NCBI GenBank assembly: GCA_016860685.1
Contig: BOJX01000003.1
Location: 3,291-67,290, forward strand
Direction of reading: 5' to 3'
From: Planctomycetota bacterium
GTDB lineage: Bacteria; Planctomycetota; Phycisphaerae; UBA1845
DNA: 64,000 nt
This document shows positions 1 through 8,571 of the stretch, piece by piece (position 1 is the stretch's first letter; every line of letters starts with the position of its first letter). Under the pieces are notes generated by a model. The model made no database searches. It worked only from the letters and a program-made list of their open reading frames with translations, and had not been told where the DNA came from. A program made the position numbers and the translations under genes.

Positions 1-101
1 GCGAGTTCATCGGCTTGAAATGGAATTGTCGGCATGGCTGCACCAGTTCCCGGCCATTGCCAAAAGCGTATTCGCTGACCGTCGGTTGCGAAACTGCTCG
101 T

Positions 102-160
102 GGGGGGTAGAGGGTGAGGCTTGGAGCGGGAGAGGGGCCGCGTCTCCCGCTCCATCAACG
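102..160 (+). repeat. 59-bp direct repeat, copy 1, containing a 12-bp hairpin
   Basis: GGGGGGTAGAGGGTGAGGCTTGGAGCGGGAGAGGGGCCGCGTCTCCCGCTCCATCAACG is identical to 16659-16717. Stem TGGAGCGGGAGA (122-133) pairs with TCTCCCGCTCCA (143-154). Confidence 0.95.
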
Positions 161-176
161 CGGTTCGATGGAACGA

Positions 177-926
177 TTAGCCATTGCAATCTGACCGGAT
201 GTTGGCCGCATAGGCCAGCACGTCGATGCAGGGCACGGTCGCGATCGTCTGCAACGACGCGATGAACCGGAGAAGGAACAGAGCCAGTGAACAAGCGGAT
301 TGTTCGGCAGCGATTGCCGGAGGTTCGTTTGTCGAGTATTTGACACTGAAGACGCCGTGGCGCACGGCGCAGCCCATGTCGAGCCGACCATCGGCGGGGA
401 CCACCGCGAGCGCCTTCCGGAAAGCGTCGCCAAGAGGCGGACTCCAATCGCTTTCCAAGGTCACCAGCCCGCCCAGGATGTAGTGCGGCGGCTTGGCGGG
501 GTACTCGCCGCCAGCGTGCTTGATCGGGAGGCTGGTGCGGTGCAAACGGCGCACACTCGCGATCTTGTCGGCCGCATACTCGATGTGGCCGGCGTTCAAG
601 TTCTGCTTGACTTCAAGGACCGCATAGACGCTCTCGGCTGGGACGTACAGCGCGCCCCCGAGATTGAGCACGAACGGCGAGTATTGGCGGTCGTGGATCA
701 CGATGTCCTGTTGTTGGCTGGCACCGTCCTTGGAGTCGATAACGAAGGCCCTGTTTACCCGGTAGCGCTCGGGAAGGTGCTTGCGGAGCATCTCGATCCA
801 TCTGTCCTCGGTCACCGTCCCCTTGGTTCCGGAGTGGTCGATGGTTTCGCGGGCGATGCCAAGTTCACTCTCCAACTGGCGGTGCAGCCCGCCGAAGAGT
901 TGGTTCAGATTCGGTGTGTCCGTCAT
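177..926 (-). CDS. nucC: CBASS effector endonuclease NucC
   Basis: 249 aa from ATG 926. HSGTKG..E..W motif and QQDIVIHDRQYSPF...VPAESVYAVLEVKQ restriction-endonuclease-fold motif. Last gene of the CD-NTase-HORMA-ATPase operon. Confidence 0.93.
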   Translation of the reverse strand: MTDTPNLNQLFGGLHRQLESELGIARETIDHSGTKGTVTEDRWIEMLRKHLPERYRVNRAFVIDSKDGASQQQDIVIHDRQYSPFVLNLGGALYVPAESVYAVLEVKQNLNAGHIEYAADKIASVRRLHRTSLPIKHAGGEYPAKPPHYILGGLVTLESDWSPPLGDAFRKALAVVPADGRLDMGCAVRHGVFSVKYSTNEPPAIAAEQSACSLALFLLRFIASLQTIATVPCIDVLAYAANIRSDCNG

Positions 927-939
927 CGGAGTCTCCCGG

Positions 940-1872
940 TTACGAAGCGTGGCCATTGCCGCGGAATGGCGGCGTCGGCCTGATGGCACGTACAAGTTCG
1001 ACGGCGCGTGCGCCGGTGACGGGGCGCTCGGGAAAAGCGTCAAGCACGATGGTCGGGATGAGCCGCTGGGTCAGGTCGGAGTACGTGAATCCGCAGGATT
1101 GCTCGGCCGTTTCGCCCGTGGCGTCGGCCAGAGCATCTATGTCGCGGTCAGCGACAGCGGTACCCTGAAGGCCAGCACGCAACACGGCGATGCGTTGCTG
1201 GCGGTTCGGTCGGTGAAACTCAAAGACGGCGGCCGCGCGCCGGCGGACGGCCGGGTCGATGGCGTCCAGCCGGTTCGTACACATGACGATGGCAATCGGT
1301 AGCCGCTCCGCGGCGGTCTCGTCCACGCCGCGGATGAGCGCGTTCACCCCTGCGCGGTCCTCGTGGTGCATCTGCGCGGCTTCGCGCGATTGTGCGAGCG
1401 CATCCGCCTCGTCGATCAGCAGGATGATGCCGCGGCCGGATCGTCCGTGGGCGTCGCGCGATTTGGCGACGGCGTCGCGGACCTGCCGGAACGCACCGGA
1501 GATTAGCCGGGTCATTTCGCCGACCGCCCCGTTCCCTCGGGCGTTCAGACTCAGCGCGTAGAGGTGAACCTGAACCTTCGCGCGCTTGGCTACCTCGTTG
1601 CCGAACGAACGGGCCAGTGCCGTCTTTCCGGTGCCCACGTCACCGGCAAGGACGAAAAGTGACGGTCGGGCCGCAAAGTAGTCGAGGGCGGCGAGTTGGC
1701 CCTTGTGGTGCTTGCGGCTCCAATCGCTGAGCAGAGCGGGATCCACCAGCAACAGCGTCTCTTTGACCAATCGATCCTTGTAGTCGTCGAGTCCGACAAG
1801 CCGGTCGTAGTCGGTCTGCGCTTTGGGATCAGGAAAGTGAATGACCTGCTCGAAGAGATCAGCCGGATTCAT
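940..1872 (-). CDS. cap6: CBASS TRIP13/Pch2-like AAA+ ATPase (Cap6)
   Basis: Walker A GDVGTGKT, Walker B LLIDEAD, TNR sensor and DPAVRRR arginine finger. Overlaps the HORMA stop codon. Confidence 0.92.
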   Translation of the reverse strand: MNPADLFEQVIHFPDPKAQTDYDRLVGLDDYKDRLVKETLLLVDPALLSDWSRKHHKGQLAALDYFAARPSLFVLAGDVGTGKTALARSFGNEVAKRAKVQVHLYALSLNARGNGAVGEMTRLISGAFRQVRDAVAKSRDAHGRSGRGIILLIDEADALAQSREAAQMHHEDRAGVNALIRGVDETAAERLPIAIVMCTNRLDAIDPAVRRRAAAVFEFHRPNRQQRIAVLRAGLQGTAVADRDIDALADATGETAEQSCGFTYSDLTQRLIPTIVLDAFPERPVTGARAVELVRAIRPTPPFRGNGHAS

Positions 1873-2378
1873 ACGCCGCCCCCAATCGTGGCGCGCCGCA
1901 ATCCGCAGCCAACGGCGCTATAGGTCTTGTCCAGCGACCACGATCCGTTGCGGATGACCGGCTCGACACCGGACGAGCGCGCGAACGGCAAGTCGCGCTC
2001 GATGGATTTACGCTGGCCGGGCGTAAGCAAGTCCCACTTGCTGCTGTAGGAGAGAAAGGAATACCAAGTCGCGCCGGTGATGTCAGCGCCCCTGGGGATT
2101 CGCCCCGAGCGGTCGTCGGCCGTGAGATTGCCGTACATGTCGGCGGTGTACTTGAGCGCGGCGACCCATACACCGTCACGCCGAAAGCCGTAACTGACTT
2201 CCTTGACGTAGGCGCCGGCCAGAAGCTCGGTGAGTTCCTGGAGGTAGTTCTCGATGTCTGTGTCAGAGGGCCTGCCATACGCCTGCTGCATCTGTCGGAG
2301 GTCGGCAGCGACCTTGCCCGCGGCATACCGCGCGTGCGTGCGGGACCATGTTTCTGTTGTCGTGTACGTCTGTGTCAT
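1869..2378 (-). CDS. cap7: CBASS bacterial HORMA-domain protein (Cap7)
   Basis: 169 aa with the T-rich N-terminus TYTTTETWSRTHARY..KVAADL typical of bacterial HORMA1. Lies between the CD-NTase and the ATPase. Confidence 0.9.
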   Translation of the reverse strand: MTQTYTTTETWSRTHARYAAGKVAADLRQMQQAYGRPSDTDIENYLQELTELLAGAYVKEVSYGFRRDGVWVAALKYTADMYGNLTADDRSGRIPRGADITGATWYSFLSYSSKWDLLTPGQRKSIERDLPFARSSGVEPVIRNGSWSLDKTYSAVGCGLRRATIGGGV

Positions 2379-2381
2379 GAA

Positions 2382-3359
2382 TCATCCCCTGAACGAAGTG
2401 CCGAGCACCACCTGCCACATCTGCACGGCGTGCCCTTTGGTGGCCGCCGTGTGAGCTTCGTTCAGGGCGTCAAGCGCGTCCTGCGCGGCAGTCACGATCA
2501 GCCGGCGATGGTTCTCTGTGTACTGCGAAGCCACGTTGTTTTTCGGATTGACTGGATCGAAAATCTGCACGGGGTCCGGAAGCGTCGCCGGCAACTCGCT
2601 GGCCGGGTAGTGATCCTTGAAGGCAATGCGGGTTTTGAGTCCCGTATTGACGACGTAGTTGAAAAACGCCTCCATCGCCACGCGGTAGTCGGCCATGCCT
2701 TGACCCGTGTCGGCAAGATGAGCGCAAATCAGCTCCACCATGAACGACTTGAGGCGGAAGTTGGCGTCGGCACCTTTTTGCTCCGCAGCCCACCACTTGA
2801 CTAGGCGGACGACCTGAGCGAAGTGTTGCGGCTGGGCGTCCTTGCGCTTGCGAGTGAACGCGAGGTGCATCGGGATGCTGGTCAGCATCAGGCGGCCGGA
2901 TTTCTTGGACACGAGCCAGCCCTTGTCCTGCGGATCGCCCTCGTAGAACACCGGAACGATGTCCACGTCGATGCCCGCTTCCTTGTATTTGATTTTGACC
3001 GAGTATTCCTGCGGCTCGATCTGCTCAGGCTTCATCTGGGGGTACGCCTTCCGCAGTCGTTCCGCGATCCAGTCGGCGAGCTTTCGATCGGCCTTCTTCT
3101 CGCCGTCGTAGTTGATGTAGAGCGCGACATCGACATCGCTCGATGTCTTCAGCGCGGTACCCTTTGCCAGGCTGCCGGAGAGATACGACTTGGCGATGCC
3201 GCAGTCAGGATGGTCCTTCATCCATTTTGCGAGACGCTCGCGGAGGTCGTTCACCTTCTGGCGGCGTTCCTTCGCGATGTCCGCCGGCAGGTTGACGCGA
3301 TCCTCGGCAAACTGGCGGATGTCGGAGTGGGCGATTGGCGGTGCAATGGTCATGGTCAT
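2382..3359 (-). CDS. cdnC: CBASS cyclic oligonucleotide synthase (CD-NTase, CdnC-like)
   Basis: SGSLAKGTALKTSSDVDVA nucleotidyltransferase motif, third Asp in DVDIVPV, C-terminal DPVNPKNNVA. Start set at MTMTIAPP (325 aa). Confidence 0.92.
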   Translation of the reverse strand: MTMTIAPPIAHSDIRQFAEDRVNLPADIAKERRQKVNDLRERLAKWMKDHPDCGIAKSYLSGSLAKGTALKTSSDVDVALYINYDGEKKADRKLADWIAERLRKAYPQMKPEQIEPQEYSVKIKYKEAGIDVDIVPVFYEGDPQDKGWLVSKKSGRLMLTSIPMHLAFTRKRKDAQPQHFAQVVRLVKWWAAEQKGADANFRLKSFMVELICAHLADTGQGMADYRVAMEAFFNYVVNTGLKTRIAFKDHYPASELPATLPDPVQIFDPVNPKNNVASQYTENHRRLIVTAAQDALDALNEAHTAATKGHAVQMWQVVLGTSFRG

Positions 3360-3466
3360 TTTCGCTCGCTTCCTGTTCTCGGTCCTGCACAGTCCGCAGC
3401 CACCTATTGTGGCCCGCGAACTCGTTGCCCCTACCCCTGGGCCTCCGGGCAGGCTCGGCACAGAAC

Positions 3467-3508
3467 AGGATAGCCACGCTTGACGTAGATGTCAAGTAGT
3501 GCTAAAGT
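3467..3508. promoter_or_regulatory. Back-to-back sigma70-type promoters sharing a palindrome
   Basis: Minus strand: TTGACA (3495-3490), 17 nt, TATCCT (3472-3467), towards CBASS. Plus strand: TTGACG (3480-3485), 17 nt, TAAAGT (3503-3508). The two -35 boxes form CTTGAC-GTAGAT-GTCAAG (3479-3496). Confidence 0.75.
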
Positions 3509-3532
3509 GTCAAGGTGACGAGGACGACAACC

Positions 3533-4108
3533 ATGCCAGTGATCCCCCCATTCACGGACGACGGGCTCCTGCCGCGGGGCGATTTTGAGGTCACGTTCGA
3601 GGAGCTGCGTCAATCGGTCCTGGTCCTCGGACCTGGCGATCCGAGCGACTTTCCGACCTGGGACGCCGGATGGCGTGCGAGGCTCGTGGACAACCTGGAA
3701 GTCCTGACGCGGCAGCTCTGGCGGGTGGGAATCACGGAGGTCTTCGCCGACGGCTCGTTCGCGGAGGACAAGGACCATCCGAACGACATCGACGGCTATT
3801 TCGTCTGCGATTTGAATCGGTTGCGGACCGGTCAACTGGAACGGGAGTTGAACCTGCTGGACCCCGACAAGGTGTGGACGTGGGACCCGGCGTCGCGCCG
3901 GCCGTACCGCGGGTATCCGAAGCGGCAGCTTCCGATGTGGCACAGGTACCGTGTGGAGCTTTACCCGCATGTGCCGGGTCTCGGAATCGGCACTGGTATC
4001 CGCGACAAACACGGAAACGAACTGGAGTTCCCCTCGGCGTTCCGCCAATCGCGACGCGACGGCACTCCGAGGGGCATCGTGAAACTGCGTGATGGAGGTC
4101 AACCATGA
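3533..4108 (+). CDS. DUF6932-like predicted nucleotidyltransferase (toxin-like or regulatory)
   Basis: IPPF...GLLP.G N-terminus, DGSF...K.HPNDIDG Pol-beta-type NTase motif, C-terminal RDGTPRGIV. Confidence 0.75.
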   Translation: MPVIPPFTDDGLLPRGDFEVTFEELRQSVLVLGPGDPSDFPTWDAGWRARLVDNLEVLTRQLWRVGITEVFADGSFAEDKDHPNDIDGYFVCDLNRLRTGQLERELNLLDPDKVWTWDPASRRPYRGYPKRQLPMWHRYRVELYPHVPGLGIGTGIRDKHGNELEFPSAFRQSRRDGTPRGIVKLRDGGQP

Positions 4109-4551
4109 TTCGTAACGAGACAGAGTACCAAGAGGCCATGACTCGTCTCGCGGAAGAGCGAAACCGACTTACCGAGCATCGGGCGCGTCTGAAGCAAACG
4201 GGCCTCACGGATGAGGAAATCAAGCGGGTCATCGATCCGATGGAGTCGTTTCACCTGCAACTCAAGGAGGAAGTCGAGAGCTACGAGCGGCTCAAGCGGC
4301 GAGAGTTCGATGAACTCGACAACTTTCGCGGATTCGGGCACCTGCTGATCTCGCTTCGCATCGCGCAGGGCATGTCGCAGCGCGAACTCGCGAAGCGCCT
4401 CGACGTTCACGAATCGCAGGTGTCGCGTGATGAGCGCAACGAGTACTTCGGCATCACGCTCGAACGGGCGGTGAAAGTTCTCGACGCGCTCAACGTCAGG
4501 CTACGCACTACAGTCGAGCTTGACGCACCGCGTGAAATGGTCCCTGCATAA
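4105..4551 (+). CDS. XRE-family HTH regulator / antitoxin-like protein
   Basis: MIRNETEYQEA HigA-like N-terminus and coiled coil, then the HTH LRIAQGMSQRELAKRLDVHESQVSRDE. ATGA overlap with the upstream gene. Confidence 0.85.
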   Translation: MIRNETEYQEAMTRLAEERNRLTEHRARLKQTGLTDEEIKRVIDPMESFHLQLKEEVESYERLKRREFDELDNFRGFGHLLISLRIAQGMSQRELAKRLDVHESQVSRDERNEYFGITLERAVKVLDALNVRLRTTVELDAPREMVPA

Positions 4552-4592
4552 TCAACCATCGGGCGACGTGCCCAACCAGAAAGGAAGTCGTT

Positions 4593-4799
4593 ATGGCCAA
4601 GAAACCAGCCAATCATCGCGAACCCATCACGCCGACGGTCGTTCGGCAAGTGCGTCAACTCGCCGCGGAAAACACGCCGACGCGGGTCATCGGAATCAAG
4701 GTCCAGCGGACGGAAGCGGCGGTGCGAGCCATCGCTGCGGACAACAACATTTCGCTGAAACCGACGAATCAGAGTCCGTACAACCGGCGGAAGAGTTGA
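4593..4799 (+). CDS. Small basic hypothetical protein (HTH/Myb-like)
   Basis: 68 aa with an upstream AAGGAAG. NTPTRVIGIK..RTE.AV...ISLKPTNQSPYNRR resembles a widespread small-protein family. Confidence 0.75.
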   Translation: MAKKPANHREPITPTVVRQVRQLAAENTPTRVIGIKVQRTEAAVRAIAADNNISLKPTNQSPYNRRKS

Positions 4800-4870
4800 T
4801 CGGATAGGCGGCCAACTCGTGCGGAATGGAGGATGAGGGGGAAAATGGAGGGACCACGAGTTCCGCGTTT

Positions 4871-5191
4871 TCAACGCGATTGAGCCTGTTCGTCGTGCAT
4901 GAAGTTCAATACGGTGGAGTCCTCGAAGTCGTACCAGAAGCCGTGCTCGGCGACGATGCGGTCAAACTCGGTTCGCAGGGTGTCGTTTTCGCGCTCGTAG
5001 AACATGTCAACAAGCGATCCGTCAATCCGCAGGACAAGATAGACGGCTTCCGCGCCCTGGCTCGTATCGATTGATTCTGGAGCTTCGGGTGTATCAAACA
5101 TGCTGTCGGCGAAGAGTTCGTGCGATTCAAGCCATTGTTCAAGCGTCTTGCGCAGTTCCGCGGCTCGTTTCTGGTTCAGGCTCAAGGGCAT
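4871..5191 (-). CDS. Acidic hypothetical protein, last gene of the DUF499 operon
   Basis: 106 aa starting 4 nt after the DUF499 stop, with natural protein composition. Confidence 0.65.
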   Translation of the reverse strand: MPLSLNQKRAAELRKTLEQWLESHELFADSMFDTPEAPESIDTSQGAEAVYLVLRIDGSLVDMFYERENDTLRTEFDRIVAEHGFWYDFEDSTVLNFMHDEQAQSR

Positions 5192-5195
5192 GGCG

Positions 5196-8100
5196 TCATT
5201 GCTCCTCGAACCCGAACTCGGTGAACTTCAAGGTCCGGCAGTTTTCGGTCACGTCGCGGACGGTCTTGTCCGACGCACCCTCGGGCAGGCCGGCGCTGAT
5301 TTCGAGGGTGATCTCCACGTCGGCTCCCACAACGCCGGTCAGGTGTTGCACGATCTCTTCGGCAATGCGTGCGGCGTCCCTCCCCAAGCGGAGCGGGTCC
5401 ACCTTCACCGAGCCGTGGAAACGGCGCAATGCTGGAGCGGTCGGCGCTGCTGCGGCCGTCCCACCCGATGTCGGAGTGGCCGTCCCGCCAGAGCCGTTCG
5501 TTCCCGCAGCGGTAGCGCTCGGGGAGCCTCCTGGCGTCGGTGCGGCTCCCGTGCCGGCGCCGGCGGCTTGACGGTCGGCCGCAAGCTGTGCGGCGGCGGC
5601 GTCCGGTTTCACCAACACAGTCCGGTCGTCCGCGATTACGCGGATCGTCGTCGCGGCACGAAGGCCCTGATAGCGCTTGCGTTGTTCGTCCCATCCCTCT
5701 GCATACGCAAACGTCTCGCTCTGCCACATGAGCGTGGCGACGCCCTCCTGGATGGCGGCGAACAGGACGTTTTCGTCGCGGAGCCGCGGGAGATACAGGT
5801 AGCGGGCCATGTATTCGGCAAGCTGTTTGATGCCGACGTGATTACCGGTCCAAAGCGGCACGCGGTCAAGTTCCGTCCGCAGCCGAACGGCCCCCATCTG
5901 CACCAAGAGCGATTCTTCGTTCTTGAGTTTCTTCGCCGCACGGCCAGCGAGACTCTCCTGACCTTGCAGCTTCAACTCTGTCCAGGTCGCCTCGCCCTTC
6001 GGATCGGATTGGCTCGGAACCAGAAGCCATTGAAACGCCTCGGAGATTCGCAAATCGACGGCCTCGGCGGCGCTCTTGCGCTTGGTCTCGGCTTGGCGAG
6101 TCTGGAACTGGTCCAGATTCAGCGGCACGCGCTCGTCCCAGATAGAGGTCCACGCAAGGTACTGCCGAACGGACTGCTCAAGCTCGCGCAGGCGGTTGAT
6201 GTCGCCGGCGAGAAAAACGAGCGTGTTCTTGAAGTTGCGAGGCGCTGTTCCGCGCGATTCCAGGATCGCCGCAGCTTCCTTCCGGGCGGCGCTGACGCCG
6301 TTCTTGTTCGTGTGCGGGAACTCCGGCCCAAGGATCACGAGCCGCGCCTCGCGTTCATCGGGAACGTCGCTGCTCGGGACGCAGGCATGGACTTTCGAGA
6401 AGTCGGCGCGCGTGCGGGCCTCCTCCCGCAACCGCTTGATGATCTCGTCGCCGATCTGGTCGTCGGTGAGTTGGCCGGCTCGATCGTCGGCCAGTCGCGT
6501 AACCGTCGGCTGTGTCGAGTACCAGTACCGCTTGCCGTCTACATAGAGGTATGTGGCGCTGTCGGTCAGTCGCCGCAGAGCGTCGCCAAAAGTGGCGACG
6601 GACTCGCCCGGCTGGGCGCAGCCGAGCTTGACCTGGCGCTCGTCGATTCCGCGGTGCGATGCTCGCATCGTGGGCGCGGACCCCATGTAGATGGTGCGCG
6701 CAACACGGCGCGACGCGGAATACCGGCCTAGATTCGGGTTGGCGCGGTCCAGGGCCAGCGGGAGCGAGTTCGCCCCGTCCACGTCCTTCTCGATCACGGG
6801 AACCCATTGATCTTCGAGGTAACGGGTGAGTTCAAACTGCACGATCTGGTCATCGACGGGCACGTTGCCCGGCATGATGAGCAGATTGCCGTCCTGGCGT
6901 TCCCACAGAGAATGGATTACCGCTGCCATGAGGCGCAGCACGCCGCGCGTGCGCTGGAACTTGTCGAGCGTGGACCAGTCGTTGTAGAGTCGGTCGAACA
7001 TTTCGGGGTGAATCGGGTACGCCATCTTGATGCGGCGTTCGTAGTCGGCCTCGCGGCACTCGGTCGGAAACTCCTGTTGTTGCGTGCCGTACCAATCGAC
7101 GAATGCGCGCGCCACGGCGTCGCGGGCTACGAACTGGTCGCCCGAAAGCGGCTGGAACAGCCGCCGGCGGACGATCTCGAATCCCTCGTCCGGGCTTGCC
7201 GGCCGCCACGATGCCTCAACGCGGCCGACGGCGTTTTTGAGGCGGGCCAGTGCCTCACGGCCGCGTTCGCCGCCGACTTCGATATCGGTGACGCCGCGGT
7301 CGGCCCGCTGATGCGGGCTTTCCGACGCCGGGATGCTCACGACCAGCAAGGTGTGCTTCGCGGCTTTGGCCGCTTCGCTGAGGGCCTGGGCGAAGGTGAA
7401 CTGCGTGTCGAACGTGCCCGCGGGAAGGTCGGCCGTGCCGTGAAGTTGCCGTGCGTAAGCGACCCATTCGTCGATCAGGATCAGGCACGGGCCGTACTTG
7501 TTGAACAACTCCGTCATCGTGGCGCCGGGATTCGTCGCCCGCTCGTCATCCTCCTTGACGAGCTTGTACCCCTCCTTGCCGCCGAGTTGCCAAGCGATCT
7601 CTCCCCAGACGGTGCGGATCGTCGTGCCGTCGGGTTTCTTGTGCGGCTTGCCTGGCGAAATCTGCGTGCCGACGAAGACGGTTCGGTGGACATTTTTCGG
7701 CAGCGGGATGCCGACGGCCTTGACCAGCTCCTCGGCGCCGGGCAGGTCGGCCGGCGACGCGCCGGAGAAAAGGTGATACAGCGCGAGCATGGAGTGCGTC
7801 TTGCCGCCGCCGAAGTTCGTCTGAAGCTCCACGACCGGATCGCCGCCCTTGCCCGACAATCGCAGCACGGCTTGCGACAGCAGTCGGCGCAGGCCCTCGG
7901 TGATGAACGTCCGGCGGAAGAACTCGGTCGGGTGCTTGTATTCGTCGGAGCCTTCGCCCTGGTACACCTGCCACAAGTCGGCTGCGAACTCGGCCTGCTG
8001 ATACCTGCCGCTCGCCACGTCGGGGTGCGGGGTGACGACCTCGCGCCACGGCTTCAACCCGCCCTGCGGCTTGCCCTCAGTCGGCTGGGCCGATCGCTTG

Positions 8101-8555
8101 CGCATCTCCGAGCGACGCTGCTCGTCGAACATCGTGCGCATCAGGTCCATCCGCATCTGGCCTACTTCGCCGGCGGAGTCGGCGGCGGACACGGCGTTCA
8201 ACAGGCGCTCCATCGAATCCAGCGCCCGGATGGCGTCGTTGCTGGTGAACTGTTCGTTGTGCGCCCACTGGTTACGGATGGTGCGAAGTTCGCTGACGAT
8301 GCTGCGCTCGGCCGGTCCGAGCACGTCGCGGAACACGGCATTCCACTGGTCCCAGAGGACGCCGAGCAACGTGGCCGGATCGTCCAGGTTGATCGGCTGA
8401 GGTTTGCCGCGTGGTCCCCGGTTGGATGGATCGGGCAAGGCGTTCTGCCAGTTGTCGCCAAGGTGGGATTTCAGTTCGCGCTCGACGAACGGCCGCAGGC
8501 CCGCGGAGAGCAGGTCCAGTCCCTTGCCGACACGTTCTCGATTGCTTACTGCCAT
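5196..8555 (-). CDS. DUF499 AAA+ ATPase with N-terminal Swt1-like HEPN domain
   Basis: HEPN RxxxxH motif (RNQWAH), LKPWREVVTPHPDV, Walker A TNFGGGKTHS, Walker B LILIDE, FQRTRGVLRLMA. Confidence 0.9.
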   Translation of the reverse strand: MAVSNRERVGKGLDLLSAGLRPFVERELKSHLGDNWQNALPDPSNRGPRGKPQPINLDDPATLLGVLWDQWNAVFRDVLGPAERSIVSELRTIRNQWAHNEQFTSNDAIRALDSMERLLNAVSAADSAGEVGQMRMDLMRTMFDEQRRSEMRKRSAQPTEGKPQGGLKPWREVVTPHPDVASGRYQQAEFAADLWQVYQGEGSDEYKHPTEFFRRTFITEGLRRLLSQAVLRLSGKGGDPVVELQTNFGGGKTHSMLALYHLFSGASPADLPGAEELVKAVGIPLPKNVHRTVFVGTQISPGKPHKKPDGTTIRTVWGEIAWQLGGKEGYKLVKEDDERATNPGATMTELFNKYGPCLILIDEWVAYARQLHGTADLPAGTFDTQFTFAQALSEAAKAAKHTLLVVSIPASESPHQRADRGVTDIEVGGERGREALARLKNAVGRVEASWRPASPDEGFEIVRRRLFQPLSGDQFVARDAVARAFVDWYGTQQQEFPTECREADYERRIKMAYPIHPEMFDRLYNDWSTLDKFQRTRGVLRLMAAVIHSLWERQDGNLLIMPGNVPVDDQIVQFELTRYLEDQWVPVIEKDVDGANSLPLALDRANPNLGRYSASRRVARTIYMGSAPTMRASHRGIDERQVKLGCAQPGESVATFGDALRRLTDSATYLYVDGKRYWYSTQPTVTRLADDRAGQLTDDQIGDEIIKRLREEARTRADFSKVHACVPSSDVPDEREARLVILGPEFPHTNKNGVSAARKEAAAILESRGTAPRNFKNTLVFLAGDINRLRELEQSVRQYLAWTSIWDERVPLNLDQFQTRQAETKRKSAAEAVDLRISEAFQWLLVPSQSDPKGEATWTELKLQGQESLAGRAAKKLKNEESLLVQMGAVRLRTELDRVPLWTGNHVGIKQLAEYMARYLYLPRLRDENVLFAAIQEGVATLMWQSETFAYAEGWDEQRKRYQGLRAATTIRVIADDRTVLVKPDAAAAQLAADRQAAGAGTGAAPTPGGSPSATAAGTNGSGGTATPTSGGTAAAAPTAPALRRFHGSVKVDPLRLGRDAARIAEEIVQHLTGVVGADVEITLEISAGLPEGASDKTVRDVTENCRTLKFTEFGFEEQ

Positions 8556-8571
8556 AGGTCAGGTTCCATCG

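Noticed and set aside
1-101. Search for the second att site (copy of the tRNA-Pro 3' end)
   Set aside because: No copy of CGGGGCGACAGGATT was noticed here or elsewhere in the window by eye, so the left boundary is left undefined.
927-1043. N-terminal extension of nucC in the ORF track
   Set aside because: Overlaps the ATPase gene. ATG 926 has a GGAG RBS and gives a typical NucC length.
3360-3461. N-terminal extension of the CD-NTase
   Set aside because: Begins at the predicted transcription start and is low-complexity. MTMTIAPP has an AGGAAG RBS and gives a typical length.
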